Origin: Mobula hypostoma | Lineage: Eukaryota | Length of the DNA: 64,000 bases | Reading direction: 5' to 3' | NCBI RefSeq assembly: GCF_963921235.1 | Contig: NC_086097.1 | Span: forward strand, 9,548,001-9,612,000 | Shown: positions 39,951 through 51,756 of the stretch, in pieces | How positions within the stretch are numbered: position 1 is the stretch's first letter | Layout of the letters: the number at the start of each line of letters is the position of its first letter | Program-made: the position numbers and the translations under genes | The notes under the pieces: generated by a model | The model's input: the letters and a program-made list of their open reading frames with translations, nothing else | What the model was told of the DNA's origin: nothing | Database searches by the model: none

Positions 39951-40345
39951 GGTGGCAAGATGTAGATACGTCTCTAACAAAAGAGGTTCAAGTCATTTCT
40001 TCCCTCCATTAACCAGCAGATCATCCTTGGGCAAAGTGTAACACCTGCTTAGCCCCCCTTCACCCACCCGATCATAGTCACGTGAAGCCATGAGAGCAGG
40101 TGGTGGATGGTCGTATGAGCAGCTGGTGCACATCAAAAGTCCTGGTTATGTGACCACTGATGCCAGGCAGACAATCACTGAAGAGTATTGATAATGGCTG
40201 GAGTCACCTGTCTTGTAAAGACACTGCCCAGAAGACGGCAATGGCAAACCACTACTGTAAAAAAAATTGCCAAGAACTATCTTGGTCATGGAAAGACCGT
40301 GATCACCAAGATCCTATAACGCAGCACAGAATGAACAAATGAACC
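39951..40345 (+). mobile_element. SINE-like repeat with RTE/BovB-like tail, most complete copy
   Basis: cagaagacggcaatggcaaaccactactg...ttgccaagaa; ends in a (gaat)-like tail. Confidence 0.7.
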
Positions 40346-42462
40346 GATACGGTTGATCTTAAGGGTATAAAAATGTGATCTATTTTTGAGAATTGTGAGA
40401 CTCTATCGAGAGGATCTCCAGAAGAATACCTGTTTGTTGTAATGAATAAAGTCTTCTATATCACCAGCTTCTGTGTTTATCCTGTGACTTTGATCAGAGA
40501 CTTACTGATATCCGTGTACTCACAATACCTTCATCAGGCTAGCTAAAGTAGCACAAAACACAGCTCAAAGATAATTATAGAAGGGCAATGATGCTTACCT
40601 TTCTGGTGTGCCCACATCCCAACAAAGATTAAGAATAAAATGTTTACTATTAGGATATAATCAGGTAAGTAAATGAAGCAAAGAAATTAAAACTGTAGGC
40701 GTGTTTTATGTACAACAACAGCTTCTATTCTGCTCATTTTCTCGGAAAATTGACACCAATTTAGAATTGCAAATGGAGGATTTATAATTGACAACCGGTG
40801 GAAACTCACTTACTTTTAAGGTTTTGCTGATGGGAGAATCAGTGGATACAGATTAATAAAATGCAATCTTCTAAGTCCAAATTAAATTTATTATCGAAGT
40901 ACATATATCTCACTAAATATGTTATGCTTTCTAAATCCAAAAAAGAAAATTACTGTAAGAATGTAAGAGCATAAGAAACAGGAGCAGAATTAGGCCATCT
41001 GGCCCATCGAGTCTGCTCTGCCATTTCCCTCTCAGCCCCAATCTCTGGCTTTCTCTGCATAACTCTTTTTGCTACGATTAATTAAGAATCTAACAACCGT
41101 TGCCTTAAATATACCTAATGACTTAACCTCAACAGCTGCATTTGGTAATGAATTCCACAGATTCACTACTCTCTGGCTAAAGAAATTCCTCCTCATCTCA
41201 ATTCTGAATTGACATCCCTCCGTTCTGAGGCTACGTCCTCTGGTCTTAGACTCCCTCACCATAGGAAACATCCTCTCCACGTCCACTCTTCTGAGGCCTT
41301 TCAACACTTGTTAGGCTTCAATGAGATCTCCCCTCAATCTTCTGAATTCCAGGGAGTAAAGGTCCAAAGGCATCAATGCTCTTCTTCTCTTAAACTTTTT
41401 AATGCCAGAATTATTCTCATGAACCTCCTTTGAATGCTCTCCGTGTAATTTGAAGAAAAAGGTGGGAGCCCAAGAGATGCAAGTTCATTACTTTAAGCAA
41501 GGCGTGCACGTATCACGTGGTAGCTTCATGGCGTATGCAGTTTGCGTATTTTTACATATAACCCATAATGAATAATTATTTAAATGAATAAGAATGTTTA
41601 ATCAAACAAAAAATTACAATATTACTCAAATATTACTGAAATATTAAATACACAACGATATAAAACCTTAAAATTCTTTTTCATGCGGGCATACACAGTA
41701 AATCAAAGAAACCAACAGAATCAATGAAGGACCACACCCAGGACAGACAAACCACCAGTGTGCAAAAGACGACTAACTGTGCAAATAAAAACAAACCTTT
41801 TAAAACGTAATGGATTTTACCAGAAACTTCAGAGTCAACAGTTGATTTGGGTCCATGGCAGCATATTATTACAGACCCTGGGGTATTTGCACACAATCTG
41901 AAAGTCAAAGGTATATCTCAGAAAGCATAAATGTATCAATATGAGGTTAAAGAGAAACAGTATGGCATTGCCACAATATGTTCAGAGCCTACCTGGGAGA
42001 TGAGAGAAAGTTAGTAGAGCATGGGCCAGTGCTCTAGGTTCACACAACATTAACCCTCAAATGAGGAACTGCATTGAGATTGCACGAGTCACAGTTGAGA
42101 AATGATTCTCACTTCAGCTTGCAGCTTTCATTCACTACTTTACAAAGTGGCAGATTTCTCCAATCAGGAATCCCCTTTAAGTGTTAACATGTGATGAAAG
42201 GATATCTGATTTTGGAAAACGGAAACTAGATTGCTATGCTTTTAATTTACTATTTCAAAGTTCAAAGTAGGTTTATGATCAAAGTACACATATGTCACCA
42301 TATAAACCCTGAGGTTCATTTTCTTGCAGGCATACTCAATCAATGCAGAATAGAATATTAACCATAGTAGAATCATTGAAAGACAACTCCAACTTCAGGC
42401 CTTCAACCAATGTACGAAAGTCAACAAACTGAGCAAAGAGAAAGAAATAATGATAATAAATA

Positions 42463-43786
42463 AGTGGTGGCATCCGTTGGTCTCGCGAGACCATGGATCT
42501 ACGCCTGGAAAGTCTTGCTTCAGTCTGTGTTAGAGCAGCGTCTGTTGTGGCTGTAGAGGCCCACATGGGAGTGACAGTCTCGACTACAGTGACTGCACTC
42601 GAAGGCACTGTCCTCCAGTGTTGTCTTGGTGCTGTTTTTTCCGACGAGTGCGCTTCTCTTCAGCAGCAAGCCTCAGCTTCTCTTCTCCTGTTTTTAGACC
42701 TCTGCGTAGTTCCAGCCTCCAGTGAGAGCGATCGCTTGTGATGCCCTCCCACCTCTCGACGTTCATTTTCAGTGACTTCATGTCTCTCTTGCAAACGTCT
42801 TTGAAACGAAGATGGGGCCACCCTTGTGCTCTCGTGCCGGAGGCAGGTTCTCCGTACAGCAGGTCTTTTGGGACCCTCCCGTCTGACATGCGGTGTACGT
42901 GGCCCAGCCAGCGGAGATGACGTTGTTGGAGCAGGGTGAAGAGGCTGGGTATCTGGGCATGGGCCAGGACCTCATTGTTGGTGACTGGGTCAGTCCACCT
43001 GATGTTCAGGATGCGTCTCAGGCTGCGAAGGTGGAAGACGTTGAGACGCCGCTCTTGTCTGTAGTAGAGGCTCCAGGTCTCACTGCCGTAAAGCAGTGTG
43101 CTGAGAACACAGGCCCCGTAGACTGCAACTTTGGTGTGTATCGTCGGTTTTCTGTTCTCCCAGACTCTCTTTGTCAGCCTGGTGAATGTCGAGGCTACTC
43201 GTCCGATCCGTCTGTTGATCTCGAGGTCCAGGGAGAGACTGTCCGTGATGGTGGAGCCAAGGTATGTAAACTCATGAACTACCTCCAGCTCATAGTTGTT
43301 GATGGTAATGGTAGGAGGGTGCTCAACGCCTTGGCCCAACACGTTGGTTTTCTTCAGGCTGATGGTCAAAATCCTCATCAGGATTGGTTGTCCCCCGAGG
43401 CTCCTCAGGATAGTTCAGTCATTCCACACAGACATGAAGGGCGTCGTTCAGTTCGACGGCTCTTCTTCAGAGGCCTTCAACATCCGCAGCGGTGTGAAGC
43501 AGGGCTGTGTGCTTGCCCCCACCCTGTTCGGCATCTTCTTCGCAGTCATGCTGAAGCACGCCTTTGGAACATCAACTGATGGTGTCTACCTCCACACCAG
43601 ATCGGACGGAAGGCTGTTCAGTCTGTCCCGGCAGAGGGCGAAAACCAAGGTTTGCAAAGTACTCATCAGGGACATGTTGTTTGCAGACGATGCGGCACTG
43701 GCAACACACTCTGAAGACCAACTACAACGCCTCATAGACAGCTTCTCAAGAGCCTGCCAGGACTTCAGCTTGACCATCAGCCTGAA
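42463..43786 (-). mobile_element. RTE-clade LINE, 5'-truncated with 5' inversion
   Basis: Minus part (42463-43369): FTYLGS, LLYGSETW, LRWLGHVHRM, C2H2 remnant. Plus part (43370-43786): GVKQGCVLAPTLF, LFADD. Confidence 0.92.
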
Positions 43787-45201
43787 TGGGGCGAGTGAAG
43801 TTGAGTGAAGTTACCCTCACTGGTTCAAGAGCCTGATGACTGAGAGGTAGTAACTATTCCTGAACCTGGTGGTGTGAGTTGTGAGGCTCTAGTACCTTCT
43901 TCCTGATGGTAGCAGTGAGAAGAGAACATGATCACTGATGATGGATGATTGCTGGTGGGATCGCTCTGCTGCTGGAGAGGAGAGAGGTCGCCGCTGTGCC
44001 CGGAAGATGTTAATCAGGTTTTCTGCTTTTTGGCTATGGACTTTTTCAGTCATAGTTTCTTATATTCTGTGATTTCACTGATCCTTCTTGCCTTTTTTGT
44101 TTGTGGGGGCGGGAGACTTGGCGGCTGACGAGCCTGTTCCATTTTTGTTCTTGTTTTTGGTGTGGGGAGTGGGGATTTGGGGGTTAATGCCGTGCTTAGT
44201 TTTCTTTTCTTTCTTGGTTTCCTGGCTCTCTGGAGAAGAAGAACTGCAGAGCTGATAACAAGTAAACCTTTGAACGTTTGATGCTGCTTTCCTGCAACAC
44301 AACTATGCTTCATGTGAACGTGCTCAATTGTGAAGAGAGCTTTAAAAGACCCATGATGGACTGGGCCATATCTACTACATTTTGTAGGATTTTCCAATTA
44401 AAAACATTGGTGTATTTTTTTTATTTTGTCTGCTTAGAATATTTAGAACCTACTTAAAAATATTCCTTTGAAGTTCAAAGTAAGTTTATTATCAGAGTAT
44501 GCATATGCCACCATATACAACCATGAGATTCATTTTCTTGCAGGCATTCAGAGTAGAACAAATGAAATACAATAGAATCAATGAAAAACTACACACAGAC
44601 TGAAAAACAATGTGCACGAAAAGGCAAACTATGCAATATTAAATAATAATATTCTTTTTATTTTCAAAGTGATAATGATAATAAATACATAAATATCGTT
44701 AAGAACATGAGTTGCAGAGTACTTGAAAGTGAGCCCATATAGATTGTGATTCAGTTCAGTGAAGTTATCCACACTTTAGTGCACAGAATAACAATTTCAA
44801 TACAATTCTAATACTTTCCATGCTAAAGATGAAGTAATTCAAAAGTTTAAAGTTTATGTAAATCATTCAATAGTCAAAACACTCGGGGCCTATGTTGGCT
44901 TTGCAAATGCAAATTTACATCAATCTACAGATCATTCAAACAAATGCCTCTCACCTCCTGACCCATTTGTTAGCCTGAGGTGTTAACATGGAGCCCGTCT
45001 ATAATTGACGCATCTGCTGTCATTTAGTGAGAGGGAATGTGTCAGAAAGGAATTTTGACACTGCTGCCAGGTGTATGCTTTTGACCTGGCCAATGCTTAG
45101 GAGATCATACTAATACAATATGATTGTATTTTCTGTGCAAGACAATGTGTGTGGAAAGCAAACCTTCTGCTGTTCTTCCATAGTAACATCACACATAATA
45201 T

Positions 45202-45235
45202 GTCCTGACGAAGGGTCTCGGCCCGAAACGTCGAC
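45202..45235 (+). ncRNA. Minimal type I hammerhead motif, consensus core
   Basis: GTC-CTGACGA-A-GGGT-CTCG-GCCC-GAAA-CGTC^GAC; palindromic ACGT stem III; starts a PLE-derived fragment running to about 45325. Confidence 0.75.
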
Positions 45236-45371
45236 TTCCTAGAGATGCTGCCTGGCCTGCTGTGTTCACCAGCAACTTTTATATGTGTTGCTTGAAATTC
45301 CAAGAGCCGCAGATTTCCTCTTGTACACAAAGTAGAAGGTTGACTGATTCTACGTTAGTTCAAAGTAAAAT

Positions 45372-45665
45372 TTATTTATTTATTTATTGAGGTACAGAGC
45401 AGAGTAGGCCCTTCCAGCCCTTTGAGCTGGGCCGCCTAGCAATCTCCTGATTTAATACTAGCCTAATCATGGGACAAATTCCAATGACCAACTAAGCTAC
45501 CAACTGGTATGTCTTTGGACTGTGGGAGGAAACCAGAGCACTCAGAGGAGCACTACACAGTCACGGGGAGAATGGACAAATTCCTCACGGGCAGTGATGG
45601 GAATTGAACCTGGGTTGCTTGCTGCTGTAAAGCACTGTGCTAACCACTACGTTACCCTGCTCCCC
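45372..45665 (-). mobile_element. tRNA-derived V-SINE-like element (others at about 5010-5300, 28008-28280, 30500-30760, 53900-54150)
   Basis: Minus strand has A-box tagtggttagc, B-box ggttcaattcc, ggtttcctcccacagtccaaagac domain and an (aaat)n tail. Confidence 0.8.
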
Positions 45666-45696
45666 ATATTATTCTCAAAGTATATATGCCATATAC

Positions 45697-47615
45697 CAGT
45701 GGTCCCCAGCCACCGGGCCGCAAAGCATGTGCTACCGGGCCGCGAGGAAATGATGTGATTTGGCAATATGAAACGATATGAGTCAGCTGCATCTTTCCTC
45801 ATTCCCTGTCACGCCCACTGTTGAACTTGAACTCACGCAAGGTCATCAGTAAATGTCACTTGAGAGTTTCTTTGGAAGAGATGGTAGGGGACATAAAAGG
45901 CCTAATGTTGATGATAACGCAGAGATAGCTGAGGCCGAGACTGCAAAAAAAAAGAAAGCTTCCTTCAACAGAAAATAGGACGAGTCGTACATAAAATATG
46001 GCTTTATTGCGACCGGTGACTCGCACGCTCCAAGCCCCCTGTGTGTGATATGTGGAGACAAGCTGTATAATGAGGCAATGAAGCCCTCAAAACTGCCTCG
46101 GCACCTTGAGCCCAAGCAGCCTGCACCTAAAGACAAACCCGTTGAGTTTTTGAGTGGAAAAAACGTGAGCAAGCGGGACAGAAGCAAGTGCTGAGAGCCA
46201 CAACCTCCACAAATGCTGCTGCTCTGAGAGCGTCGTACTTAGTGGCTGGCCGTATTGCTAAGGCTAAGAAGCCTTTCACTGTTGGTGAAGATTGATTCTG
46301 CCTGCTGCCAAGGACATGTGACGTGAACTGTTGGGAGAAGCTGCAGCTAACAAGATGGCACAGGTTTCTCTTTCAGCTACCCCAGTTTCAAGAAGAATCG
46401 ATGACATAGCGGAGGACATCGAAGCACTGCTGTTGGAACGGCTTAATGGGTCTGGTTTCACTACCCCAGTCAGAGAGGTTGCTCCTGAACGTCAGTCTAC
46501 ACACTGTGTCACACACAGGGAAATGCTGGCTAGTCGAAAAATGTCACTTGATCGTAACAGCGTATTGAGTGATGTTGTTGAAGTTATCAATCACATCAAA
46601 GCAAAAGCCCTTAACTTGCATTTGTTTGAGCAGCTTTGCGAGGAAATGGATGCAGAGCACAAATGCCTTCCCTTACACACTGAAGTCAGGTGGCTATCAC
46701 GGGGGAGAGCCCTGGCCAGGGTTTTTGAGTTGAGAGAGCAGCTACAGAGATTTCTTTCAAGAAAAAAGTCATCACTGGCAGCACACTTCAGTGACGAGGA
46801 GTGGATAGCAAAACTCATCCGTGTGGCATCTTCATCCTGCTCAATGAACTCAATTTGTCACTTCAGGGGAGAATGACAACTATTTTCAAGTTGGCAGATA
46901 AAGTGTCTGCTTTCAAAGCCAAACTGGAACTGTGGGGACAGCAAGTGGACAGGGGCATATTCGACATGTTCCCAACATTAGCTGGGATTTTGGGAGAGAC
47001 TGAGGCTGCACCGTCCTTCTCACAGCTGGTGCGTGATCACCTATCTTCACTGTTGACAGAATTCGAGCGTTATTTCCCAAACGCAAATGACCCAAGACAT
47101 GCAAAGGAATGTCCCCGGTGAATCATCCACGTCACCTCGAGAAGAAGATCAACTCCTCGAGCTTGCAAATGACAGTGGGCTGAAAAGTATGCTTGACATA
47201 ACATCTCTGCCGGGTTTCTGGATCAAATTCAAGGCTGAATATCCTGAGATAGCCACGAAAGCACTGAAAACGTTGCTTCTATTTCCAACATCATATCTCT
47301 GCGAAGCAGAGTTTTCTGCAATATCTCAACAAACACTAAATTGCGGAATAGACTGGACATAAGGAACCCCCTTATAATCGACTTATCACTATATTCACGC
47401 GAGGAAAATATGCGTTGCGTGTTTAATATTAAATTTGTTAGATAAACCCTTTTAGAAACGAAATTGAGTGTATTAGCCACTGATAAGTGACTCATAGTTG
47501 ACTTATCACCTATATTCCGGTCGTGATTAACACCCCCCTCCCCACGTCAGCCAGTCCGCAAGAATATTGTCAATATTAAAACTGTCCGCGGTGCAAAAAA
47601 GGTTGGGGACCGCTG
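45697..47615 (+). mobile_element. hAT (Buster/Charlie-type) DNA transposon, internally deleted
   Basis: 15-bp TIRs cagtggtccccagcc / ggttggggaccgctg; perfect 8-bp TSD ccatatac with central TA; fragmented transposase PLCVICG..AMKPSKL, HCVTHRE, EVRWLSRG, FPTSYLCE. Confidence 0.95.
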
Positions 47616-49899
47616 CCATATACAACCTTTGAGTTCATCTTTCAGGCTCCCACTGGAAAGTAGAGAAACACAATAGAATCTAGGAAGAACCAAACATAAC
47701 GAAGGCCGAGTCCTTGAAATTGAGTCTACAAGCTATGCAGTCAGTTCAGCACTGAGGGGAGAGAAGCCAACAAGGCTGGACCTGGAGACCAGTGGTTTCA
47801 GAGTGACAACCGTTCCTGAATCTGTTCCTGCACCTCTCACCTGATGACAGTAGAAAGAAGAGAGGGAGACAGGTCAAACACAGGTAGTCAGGATGAGCCC
47901 ATGTGGGGAACCTTGGCTGGCAGGGAGTGATGGAGCTGAATGCCAGTTTGTTTTCCGCTGTAGGGTCTCAACGCTTTAATTTGGCTTGAAGCTCTCAAGC
48001 TCTCAAGTTCTCCCAGTGATGGCTAACCTTTGTCAAGGTGTTGCAACTGCATTCCTAATTATTTCATATTTCTTTCAATTTACAAACTTTTTTCATTTAT
48101 GCCTCAAGCTAGCTGCAGGTAATTAAGCAAATCCAAAACAAATTACATAATAGAGGAGTGGTGTTCTTTAAACAGGATATTTTTAAAAATAAACAATGCA
48201 TTTATGAAATAGAAATTAATAAATTCTCAGGAATTTTCACTGACATCACAAGCCAATTTCAGCAGATCTAAACATTTCAAAAATAAATATGTACGTTTGT
48301 AACCATTCTCTGAATTTCTCAAAGAACCTCTGCATAGGAATCATCCTCGTCTATCTTTAATTATACTGTGGAAACTTTGCTTTGAATGTCATAGTTAGTT
48401 TGATTCAATGTCACTCATGTTCATATCAGTACTGATTAATGGAAGTTTATCAAGTGATTTCTGGCAGTCATGACTATTAGACAGACCTGCATTATGGACC
48501 TGCTCCTAATAATTAATTCCATTCATGTTTTAAATCTACTTGTGGAAACCATTTGACATTATGTTAAGACACAAGAGGTACTGCAGATGCTGGAAATCTA
48601 GAACAATGTACACAATGTGCTGGAGGAGCTCAGCAGGTCAGGCAGCATCTATGGATGGGAAGAAACAATCGACGTTTCGGGCCAAGACTTGTTTTTCCCA
48701 TTCATAGATGCTGCCTGACTTGCTGAGCTCCTACTGACATTATTTTAAATTCATGGTGGTTATATGAGGTGTCAAGGGAGGGATAGCACCTCTGGTGAAG
48801 GGGTTTGTCACATCCAATCTGGGGCAGGTCACTCAGCTTTGGTCCCCACCAGACATTCAGCTTCTACCTATGGCCCCAAGGAGCTGTTTGCATGCGACAG
48901 CAGCCTTACCCAGGGGCACCATTTCGACAGGAGAGTTAAGCCAGGTGAGGATAGCCAGCAGGCTTCATGTCCTGGTGAGATAGGGGCATAACTGTCTCAG
49001 CATTCAAAGTCAGCTCTGGCAGACTGGGTGGTTGAGATCTACAGTGAGATCCAATGGCCAGGAAGCTGGTTCTGCAATGCTCTGTGGAGAGTGAAGGGCA
49101 GGACAAGGCACAGAAGGAGTCATCCTCTGTAACCAAGCGAGACCTCAGTTGTGATACCAGTGGACCCAGACTTTCAAGGTCAAGGGAGTGAAACTGCCCC
49201 AGCAAAATAGCATTTCCACTCTAAAAACTCTCCCGCACAGGTTTCCTGTCATTGTTTGAAAATAACGGACAACCACCAAATCCATGTTAAAGAGGGTTGA
49301 GCAACACACATCAAAGTTGCTGGTGAACGCAGCAGGCCAAGCAGCATCTGTAGGAAGAGGTGCAGTCGACGTTTCAGGCCGTCATGTTTCTGGTACCAGT
49401 TCAGGATTAATTATTAACCCTCGACCATCAGGTCTTAAACCAGTGGAGATAACCTCACGCAACTTCACCTTCCACATCACTTACCATAGATGTTCCCACA
49501 ATCTATGGTTTCCCTTTTAAGGATTTGTCATCTCATGTTCTCAATATTTAATGCTTACTTATTTATTAATTTATATTTTTCTCTTTTCTATTTACACAGC
49601 GTGTTGTCTTCTGTACAGCATTTGCTTGTCTGCCCTGCTGGCTGCAGTCTTTCATTGTTTCTGATATGGATTTTGGATCTACTGAGTACGGCTGTAGGAA
49701 AACACATCTCGGTGACATATATGTACTTTGATAATAAATACACTTCAAACTTTTGAACGTTGACTCTATTGGGAAAAAATTTAAGAAAATAGTCCTAGAA
49801 TTTGAAATAGTACCCACTAACATCTTGAAAACTTCACTCAGTTCTATCTTAAACAATCTGGATGTAGGGAGTTTTGTAGCTTGTACACTCTCCCTGAAA

Positions 49900-50730
49900 C
49901 TTAGACAGATAGTTAGATAGATATACTTTATTAATCTCAAGGGGAATTTGGTTTCGTTACAGCCGCAACAACCAAGAATAGAGCGTAAATATAGCAATAC
50001 AAAAACCCCCAACAATCAAACACCAAAATGCAAACTATGCCAGATGGAAAATAAGTCCAGGACCAGTCTATTGGCTCAGGGTGTCTGACCCTCCACGGGA
50101 GGAGCTGCACGTTCCATGGCCACAGGCAGGAACGACCTCCCGTGCCACCAAGTGTTGTATCACGGTGGAATGTGACCGAAGTCCAACAGCAAAAAGTTCA
50201 ATATCCAGTCTGCAAATACATTCCTCGAACATAATATACCCCAGATTGCACCATCTGTTGTTAACCAGATCAGTAAGCACCCAACTCCTTTAAGCTTACC
50301 GCTCTCAGTGCACTTCCGGTCAGCCCGAACGGTATTACCCACCAAACTCCTCTTCTCCAAAAGTCTCTGTTGTCTCGACCTGGTCCTCTTTCCTTGGCTT
50401 TGTGATCCCCCTCTGTGTGTTTTCCTCTGGATTTCAGCAGGTGTGTCCAGCGCTCTGTTCGCTAAGCCAGCCGGTATTTGCTGGTCCATGGAATACACAA
50501 TGCGACCTTGCTTCTGTCCCGCGTGTTGGGATGTAACCATTTCCAGCGCTAAAGAAAACCCAAATAAAACTCTCTCTACCAGCATGTTAGAGAGGGTGCA
50601 GCTTCGATGTGTTACCGTGAGAAAAAAAATACAAAAAATAATGTAAATTAAAAAGTAAGAATAAGAAAGTAAGAATAGATCAGAACGGCTGTACCAGGCT
50701 GCATGCACGACCGGCACATGCGCACTGTGA
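49900..50730 (-). mobile_element. Bipartite non-autonomous Rex1 derivative
   Basis: 5' APE-start remnants (VRADR..SGK..G; VNNRWCN) joined to a 3' end matching 36231-36278; (atct)n-like tail. Confidence 0.7.
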
Positions 50731-51408
50731 CTTTATGCAACTTAAACTTTATGATCCCCACTTTTATTGAAGAATATTTCTGCTTGGTATGGACTGGATT
50801 GAAAATAAATATTTACACCACTTTTTTCTCACAGGCATGAAATGGATGCAATAATTACCAGTGATCAAAAAATACAGTAACTCCCCATTTCCTTTATTTA
50901 TTTTGGAAATATTAGATTTAAATGCTGCTCTTACAAGGAATGCATGTCTTTCATATGGTCGCTGATGAAAAAAGTCAGAGGTTCAGGCGGTATCTCTGGA
51001 GGGAGATAGAGAGTTAACATTAAAGGTCTACAACATTTTATCAGATCTGGAACTGAATCCAGTTATAGATGACACTGCTGAAGTTCGGCAATTTCCTGCT
51101 GGTGGCCATTGAAACAAAGAAAACAATTAAATACTTTGCTACTCACACCTTTTCTGGTAAATGATTGCTACAAGAAATGGCCTGTGGCTTCCCTGCTGGA
51201 GTTTAGCTGAATTGTTGATCAACCTGGTGTTTTTGTGGTGTGGGCTGGGTGTTCAAAGAGCCAGGATGGTTGCTGCATTTCTGGGCCGGAGATACTGGTG
51301 CAGACTTGGAGGCAATTCGATGTGGCGGAGCCAAGGGGAGGCGAAATCGAGGAAAGATCTGAGGTTTGATTGATTTAAGAGCCAAGCCAAATTAGAAAGG
51401 CTGGGTAT

Positions 51409-51756
51409 GGGCCGGCTGGTGGTGCAACGACATCGGCGCCAGACCCCGGAGCGGAGGTTCCCGGGTTCGAAACTAGCCGGGTCCGCTCCCGAGTACGCTT
51501 TCCATCCATGCCAGGTTGAGTGTCGAGATCACAACTCGACCTCGTAAAATAAGGGGAAGAATACTGCGAAATGTCTGTGTGAGGAGTGGCGGGCCACACA
51601 GTCTCCTCTCGTTCCGCGCCTTGTAAAAAGCCATGAAAAAGACATCATCACGGATGCATGCATGGACACGCAGATGCAGATGCACAGACGCGCACGCACG
51701 CAGATGCAGACGCAGTTGCACAGACTCGCATGCACGCAGGCACGTGCAGAAAAAAG
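51409..51756 (+). mobile_element. tRNA-derived SINE with long TSD
   Basis: B-box gggttcgaaac; A-rich end; duplication gaaaggctgggtat(gggcc) at 51395 and 51757. Confidence 0.85.

Noticed and set aside
41444..41657. Short solo LTR on the minus strand
   Set aside because: Composition is LTR-like but one terminus is degenerate and no TSD was found, so it is not supportable.
45850..47362. Host ZBED5/SCAND3-type gene
   Set aside because: TIRs and TSD are present and the frame has stops, frameshifts and a catalytic-region deletion.
51409..51490. Functional tRNA gene
   Set aside because: A B-box is present but no convincing cloverleaf; it continues into a SINE body with a TSD.
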